A DNA stretch of 64,000 nucleotides from Candidatus Sabulitectum sp. (GTDB lineage: Bacteria; Fermentibacterota; Fermentibacteria; Fermentibacterales; JCC-6). Made by a program: the position numbers and the translations under genes. Positions within the stretch are counted from its first letter, which is position 1. Each line of letters opens with the position of its first letter. The notes under the pieces were generated by a model. It was not told where the DNA came from. It was given only the letters and a program-made list of their open reading frames with translations, and did no database searches. The stretch spans positions 4,391 to 68,390 of the forward strand of contig JAGLDY010000007.1 in the NCBI GenBank assembly GCA_023145375.1, written 5' to 3'. Positions 59,831-64,000 of this stretch are shown in pieces.

Positions 59831-60450
59831 CAGTCCTGTTTCTCTGTTTCTGTCTGCATGTGATTCTTCAGCCCATTGATCAGATAGGATTCCGGTTGTG
59901 AGCCTTCCACTGCATACGTTTCATTTATAACAGTCCTTGGAACTCCCTGTACCTGATACTTCATTGACAGTTCAGGAAATTCATTGGCTTCAATGGCTTC
60001 CGCAACCACTCTGTCCGAATAGGCAGCCAGCCGGTGGGCTAGAACTACTGAGGAAGGACAATGGGGGCAGGACGGGGTAACAAAAACCTTGATATGGAGC
60101 TCTCCATCCAGGTTATCCAGAAAAGCCATTGTTTCATCTGAAAGAGTCTTTTCGGTTCTTCCTGAGTCAATAATCCCGGTGAGAAGGCTGCTGAATTCGT
60201 ATCCTGAAGGGATACCTCTGAAGATCAGTCTTCCTGTGTTCCCTATGCTCAGTGAAGGAAGCATTGCGCTTTCTTTCTTTGACTCTACTATGTTCACAGT
60301 AAGCCCTGACGAAAGCTCGCTTAGCTCTGTGAGTATTGTCTCCGTCTCACATTTACCAGGAGCTTTAGTAAGGGTAACCGTGACATCTTCTGTCATAAGG
60401 TCGAAATGACCCCTGATCGCTTCTCTGTCTTCATCTGACAGCAATGGCAT
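59830..60450 (-). CDS. Protein disulfide oxidoreductase (AhpF-NTD/PDO-like, two thioredoxin folds)
   Basis: FRGIPSGYEFSSL, VFVTPSCPHCP, YQVQGVP. Confidence 0.88.
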   Translation of the reverse strand: MPLLSDEDREAIRGHFDLMTEDVTVTLTKAPGKCETETILTELSELSSGLTVNIVESKKESAMLPSLSIGNTGRLIFRGIPSGYEFSSLLTGIIDSGRTEKTLSDETMAFLDNLDGELHIKVFVTPSCPHCPSSVVLAHRLAAYSDRVVAEAIEANEFPELSMKYQVQGVPRTVINETYAVEGSQPESYLINGLKNHMQTETEKQD

Positions 60451-60469
60451 CTTTTACCTCTCTCTATGC

Positions 60470-61438
60470 TTAATTCTCAAGCAGTTCAAATACTGCAGCA
60501 GATGCCCTTGCACCTTCAGAAACTGCAGTAACAACCTGCCTGAATCCATTGTTTGTTACGTCTCCAGCTGCAAATACTCTGGGATTGGAGGTCCCTACAA
60601 TGCCACTTGTTACAACTGCCTTATTCTTATCCAGCTCTACCAGCGAGGCAAATGGTTCCGTGGCAGGTATTGTACCCACATAGAGAAATACACCATCAGT
60701 GTCAATCTGCTTTTTACCGTCTGGTGTGTCCAGGATAACACCTGTAACTCCCTGATCATCTCCTGTGACCTCTATCAGATGAGAGTTCCAGTAAGTTGTC
60801 ACCTTCTCATGCTCTACAAGTTTTTTTGCAAGATACGGCTCAGCGCGAAGTTTATCTCTTCGGTGAACAAGACCCAGCTCTGAAACCACATGCGTAAGAT
60901 GAAGGGCCTCTTTTACGGCGCTGTCTCCGCCTCCAACAACGATTGCTTTCTTGTCCCTGAAGAAAGGGGCGTCGCAGGTAGCGCAGAAACTAACTCCACG
61001 GCCGTAGTACTTCTCTTCTCCAGAAACCCCCAGAGTGGCAGGAGCAGCACCTGTTGCGATGATAAGATAATCAGTTGTGTATTTCGCAGAGTCTGTTCTT
61101 ACCAGTATTTTTCCATTTTCTTCAGTGGTATTTTCCACAGTTTCCGTCTGGAAAACAGCTCCCGCTTCCAGAGCCTGTTTTTTCATGGCATTGGTGAGAT
61201 CGGATCCCACGATAGAGCTGAAACCGGGATAGTTCTCTATCTCTGCCGTAAGGGCGGCCTGTCCTCCAGGTTTCCAGCTTTCAATGACCACATGCCTGAT
61301 CCCGTATCTGGCGGCGTAGATTGCGGCGGAAAGGGCCGCAGGGCCACCGCCGGCAATAACGAGCTCATAAGAGTTCGTGTCGCTTTTCCCGGTTCCACTG
61401 TTTACCAATCCTGGATCTATTCCAACCTTGAAGCTCAT
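60470..61438 (-). CDS. trxB: Thioredoxin-disulfide reductase
   Basis: GGGPAALSAAIY, GVSFCATCD, VGGGDSA, HRRDKLRA, FAAGD. Confidence 0.95.
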   Translation of the reverse strand: MSFKVGIDPGLVNSGTGKSDTNSYELVIAGGGPAALSAAIYAARYGIRHVVIESWKPGGQAALTAEIENYPGFSSIVGSDLTNAMKKQALEAGAVFQTETVENTTEENGKILVRTDSAKYTTDYLIIATGAAPATLGVSGEEKYYGRGVSFCATCDAPFFRDKKAIVVGGGDSAVKEALHLTHVVSELGLVHRRDKLRAEPYLAKKLVEHEKVTTYWNSHLIEVTGDDQGVTGVILDTPDGKKQIDTDGVFLYVGTIPATEPFASLVELDKNKAVVTSGIVGTSNPRVFAAGDVTNNGFRQVVTAVSEGARASAAVFELLEN

Positions 61439-61440
61439 TG

Positions 61441-61767
61441 TTACAGTGTTCCAACTGCAAGGGCTTCAAGGTCTCTTTTCAGTGAGGCCTTGTCCCTGAA
61501 ACCGACCATTCTGTCAATCTCTTTCCCACCGTGGAACACTATCATGGTGGGTACACCTCTGATACCAAACTGATTGGCTGCCGCTGGATCCCTGTCGATA
61601 TCCACGGTAAGGAAGTCAACCTTTTCGCTGAGCTCGTTTGTAAGCTTGTCAAGTACAGGGTGAAGTATCTTGCATGGAGCGCACCAGTCCGCACTGAAGT
61701 CAACCAGTGTAAGCTTGTCAGTTCCCTTTGTTTCGTCGGCAATTGTGTTTCCAGGTATCAGTCTCAT
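61441..61767 (-). CDS. trxA: Thioredoxin
   Basis: DFSADWCAPCK, IRGVPT. Confidence 0.95.
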   Translation of the reverse strand: MRLIPGNTIADETKGTDKLTLVDFSADWCAPCKILHPVLDKLTNELSEKVDFLTVDIDRDPAAANQFGIRGVPTMIVFHGGKEIDRMVGFRDKASLKRDLEALAVGTL

Positions 61768-61947
61768 TGTAATTTCCTTTCAAGTAAGTAGATTTTTCCC
61801 AACGCCAACACATTAGCATATTGGATGCCTATTCTATAAGCAAGGCAGACAAGCAGATGAAATACATCAATCTGTGTATGCGTGTCAAAAGACCCGATGT
61901 TACACCCTTTATTACATGGGAGAATGGTTGTGTTATGTGGTGTTACT

Positions 61948-62802
61948 CACTGGTGTCCCATCATAAGTCGGAGAGTGACAACTGGTTAGGATTTTTATTG
62001 TTGTCGGACTGTAATCCGGCATTGCTAAACAGTTGTGCCAGTTCATCATAACAAAATGGCGTCACACTCAAAACCTGTAGGATATTGTAGAGACTGTACT
62101 CTTCCAGGTCAAGTCTTTTCCGAATAATGGCAACAAGAACATAAACTGATACAGCAATCCATATCTGCGTCTTCACTGAACTCTCAGTGTATCCCCAAAA
62201 CGACTTGATACTGAGATGTTGCTTGACCCATTTGAAAAACAGTTCAATCTGCCAGCGAGCTTTATACAGTTGAGTAATATTCAGAGCAGAGAGCTCAAAG
62301 TTGTTGGTGAGGAATATGATGATTCTTCCTTCTTCAGGGTCTCTGTATCTTATTCTACGCAAAGGTGCTGGATACTTATTGAAACTGGTTACTGATTTTG
62401 CCACAACTACCTGATCTGATAAAATTCCCACTGATGAATCCTTTTAGCATTTGACAAATTGTTAAGAGATACATTTCCCTTTATGCCAATATGATATCCC
62501 TGAGCCCGTTCCGGTATGTGAGCTGACCAAAGGCCATGCAAATAAATTGGTTCCTGCAAGAAAAGTGCTGAACTTTATAATTACCGGAATACCTCAACAC
62601 ACATTGATCAAAAGCATATCCGGGAATGAAATCCATTATTTGCGCGAATACTAATCGACCAGAATGCATACATTCTCCATCCCTGGATAAACTCAGAATA
62701 TGAAGAAAGTACGCTGAAATCGTGCTGAAGCATAAATGACTCTAACTTGTTATATTGTAACTTGATTCGGCATCGCAAAGATGCAACGTAGGGACACTAC
62801 CG
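61948..62802 (-). mobile_element. IS4-family insertion sequence, internally deleted (855 bp), with 9-bp target-site duplication
   Basis: Imperfect TIRs CACTGGTGTCCC / GGGACACTACCG; direct repeat GGTGTTACT at 61939-61947 and 62803-62811; transposase fragments inside. Confidence 0.88.
61961..62669 (-). pseudogene. IS4-family transposase pseudogene (DUF4372-like N-terminus plus DDE C-terminus)
   Basis: MHSGRLVFAQIMDF...QFICMAFGQLT and FLTNN...LYKARWQIELFFKWVKQHL; central part missing. Confidence 0.88.
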
Positions 62803-62927
62803 GGTGTTACTCTTAAAACTTGATGATTTCCGGGAAATGGAGGATGTATGAAGACGAACTTACTGCAGGGCTCCCCATCCAATCAGTTAAAGATTTACAG
62901 AGATGGCCAGGTGAAAGTCCAGCTGTT

Positions 62928-64000
62928 TTAGTAGGCTCCTGAGCCGCTTAAAACAACAGACGGGGTTAGCATCAGAATTGCTAGATCCATCCAGATTGAC
63001 CAGTTGTCCACATAGTATAGATCAAGCTTTACCATTTCATCAAAACCAAGATTACTTCTGCCGGATATCTGCCATACTCCTGTTACCCCTGGTGTGGTGT
63101 GAAGTCTTTTGAAGTCTCTTCTGCTGTATTCCTCCACTTCCTCTGGAAGTGGTGGCCTGGGGCCTACAAGGCTCATGTCTCCTGACAGTACATTGAACAG
63201 TTGAGGTAACTCATCCATAGACCATCTTCTGATAATTCTGCCCACCGGAGTTATCCTGGGATCATTTCTTATCTTGAACAGGGCTCCTTTTGATTCGTTA
63301 AGATCGGACATAGCAGTTTTTTCACCGTGCGCTCCCCTACGCATGGATCGGAATTTAACTATTCTGAATGGGATGTTGCCTCTGCCAAGCCTTGTCTGTC
63401 TGAAGAAGACGGGAAACCCTGAATCAAGCACAATAGCCAGTGAAGTGAGAAGAAAAACGGGGGAGAGGATGAGAATGAAGGTGCAGGCCAGAGTAAGGTC
63501 TATTGTGCGTTTCAGGACTAGTCCTCCCCCGGAAAGGGGAGCAGGTACAGATTCGATAAGAGTTGTTCCACCCATGTGAGAGACCCTTGCAGTAAGGCTT
63601 ACCATGGCAAAAATGTCTGCTGCGATTTTGTAATGGATTCCCAGTTTTTCACAAGTCAGGATCACCGAAGAGAGTTTACCTGTGGGGATCGAATGGTCTG
63701 CAACAACCAGTTCATGAACATTCTGTTCTCTCAGTATTTCGGATATTTCTTCAGGAGGTGTGTTCGAATCTATGTAGTCAACAACAATATATCTGAGCTG
63801 AGCTCTGTTCTCCATGAATCCGCCCAGTTGTCTGGCTTGATCCGAAGTGCCCAGGATCAACACTCTTGAGGGTTTTCCAGTTCTGTTGGTCAATTTTCTG
63901 AACTGTGAATGCCAGAAACTCAGAAGAAGAGCTGAGGCAGGGAATGTGAAGAAAAGAACAAATCTGGAGAAGAGCAGCTGTCTAGTTATGAAAGTCATTG
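62928..64000 (-). CDS. Polyprenyl-phosphate glycosylphosphotransferase (WcaJ/WbaP-like sugar transferase), 5'-truncated by window edge
   Basis: KRTIDL, FRQTRLG, KFRSM, DPRITPVG, DELPQLFNVLSGDMSLVGPRP. Confidence 0.93.
   Translation of the reverse strand, partial: MTFITRQLLFSRFVLFFTFPASALLLSFWHSQFRKLTNRTGKPSRVLILGTSDQARQLGGFMENRAQLRYIVVDYIDSNTPPEEISEILREQNVHELVVADHSIPTGKLSSVILTCEKLGIHYKIAADIFAMVSLTARVSHMGGTTLIESVPAPLSGGGLVLKRTIDLTLACTFILILSPVFLLTSLAIVLDSGFPVFFRQTRLGRGNIPFRIVKFRSMRRGAHGEKTAMSDLNESKGALFKIRNDPRITPVGRIIRRWSMDELPQLFNVLSGDMSLVGPRPPLPEEVEEYSRRDFKRLHTTPGVTGVWQISGRSNLGFDEMVKLDLYYVDNWSIWMDLAILMLTPSVVLSGSGAY

Noticed and set aside
1..64000. CRISPR array, tRNA (including tRNA-Sec), rRNA or riboswitch
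   Set aside because: None recognised by eye in the short intergenic regions; a covariance-model search would be needed to exclude small RNAs.

Overview
Chromosomal window from an anaerobic, diderm, peptide-fermenting bacterium. The gene content (gingipain-like C25 proteases with FlgD-Ig/T9SS-like tails, Vor, GlnRS) suggests an FCB-group candidate lineage such as Fermentibacterota; this placement is inference only. Housekeeping genes (glnS, trmFO, clpB, leuS, cyclophilin, comM/yifB, an EF-G paralog, tldD/E, trxA/B) are interspersed with two diguanylate cyclases, radical SAM/glycosyltransferase genes, outer-membrane barrels, a decayed IS4 with intact target-site duplication and a chimeric pseudogene. 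The main observation is at 4212-5435. Two ORFs in the track are in the same frame, separated by one TGA (4512-4514) in an S-S-G-[TGA]-C context, followed by a perfect 9-bp hairpin with a G-initiated loop at bacterial-SECIS distance. This points to a 407-aa secreted FG-GAP-repeat selenoprotein with a vicinal Sec-Cys motif and a T9SS-like C-terminal domain. Also notable are two apparent pseudoenzymes (an ABC ATPase and a histidine kinase lacking catalytic motifs) and a sigma-54-type promoter with an upstream palindrome before clpB. No rRNA, tRNA or CRISPR array was recognised.
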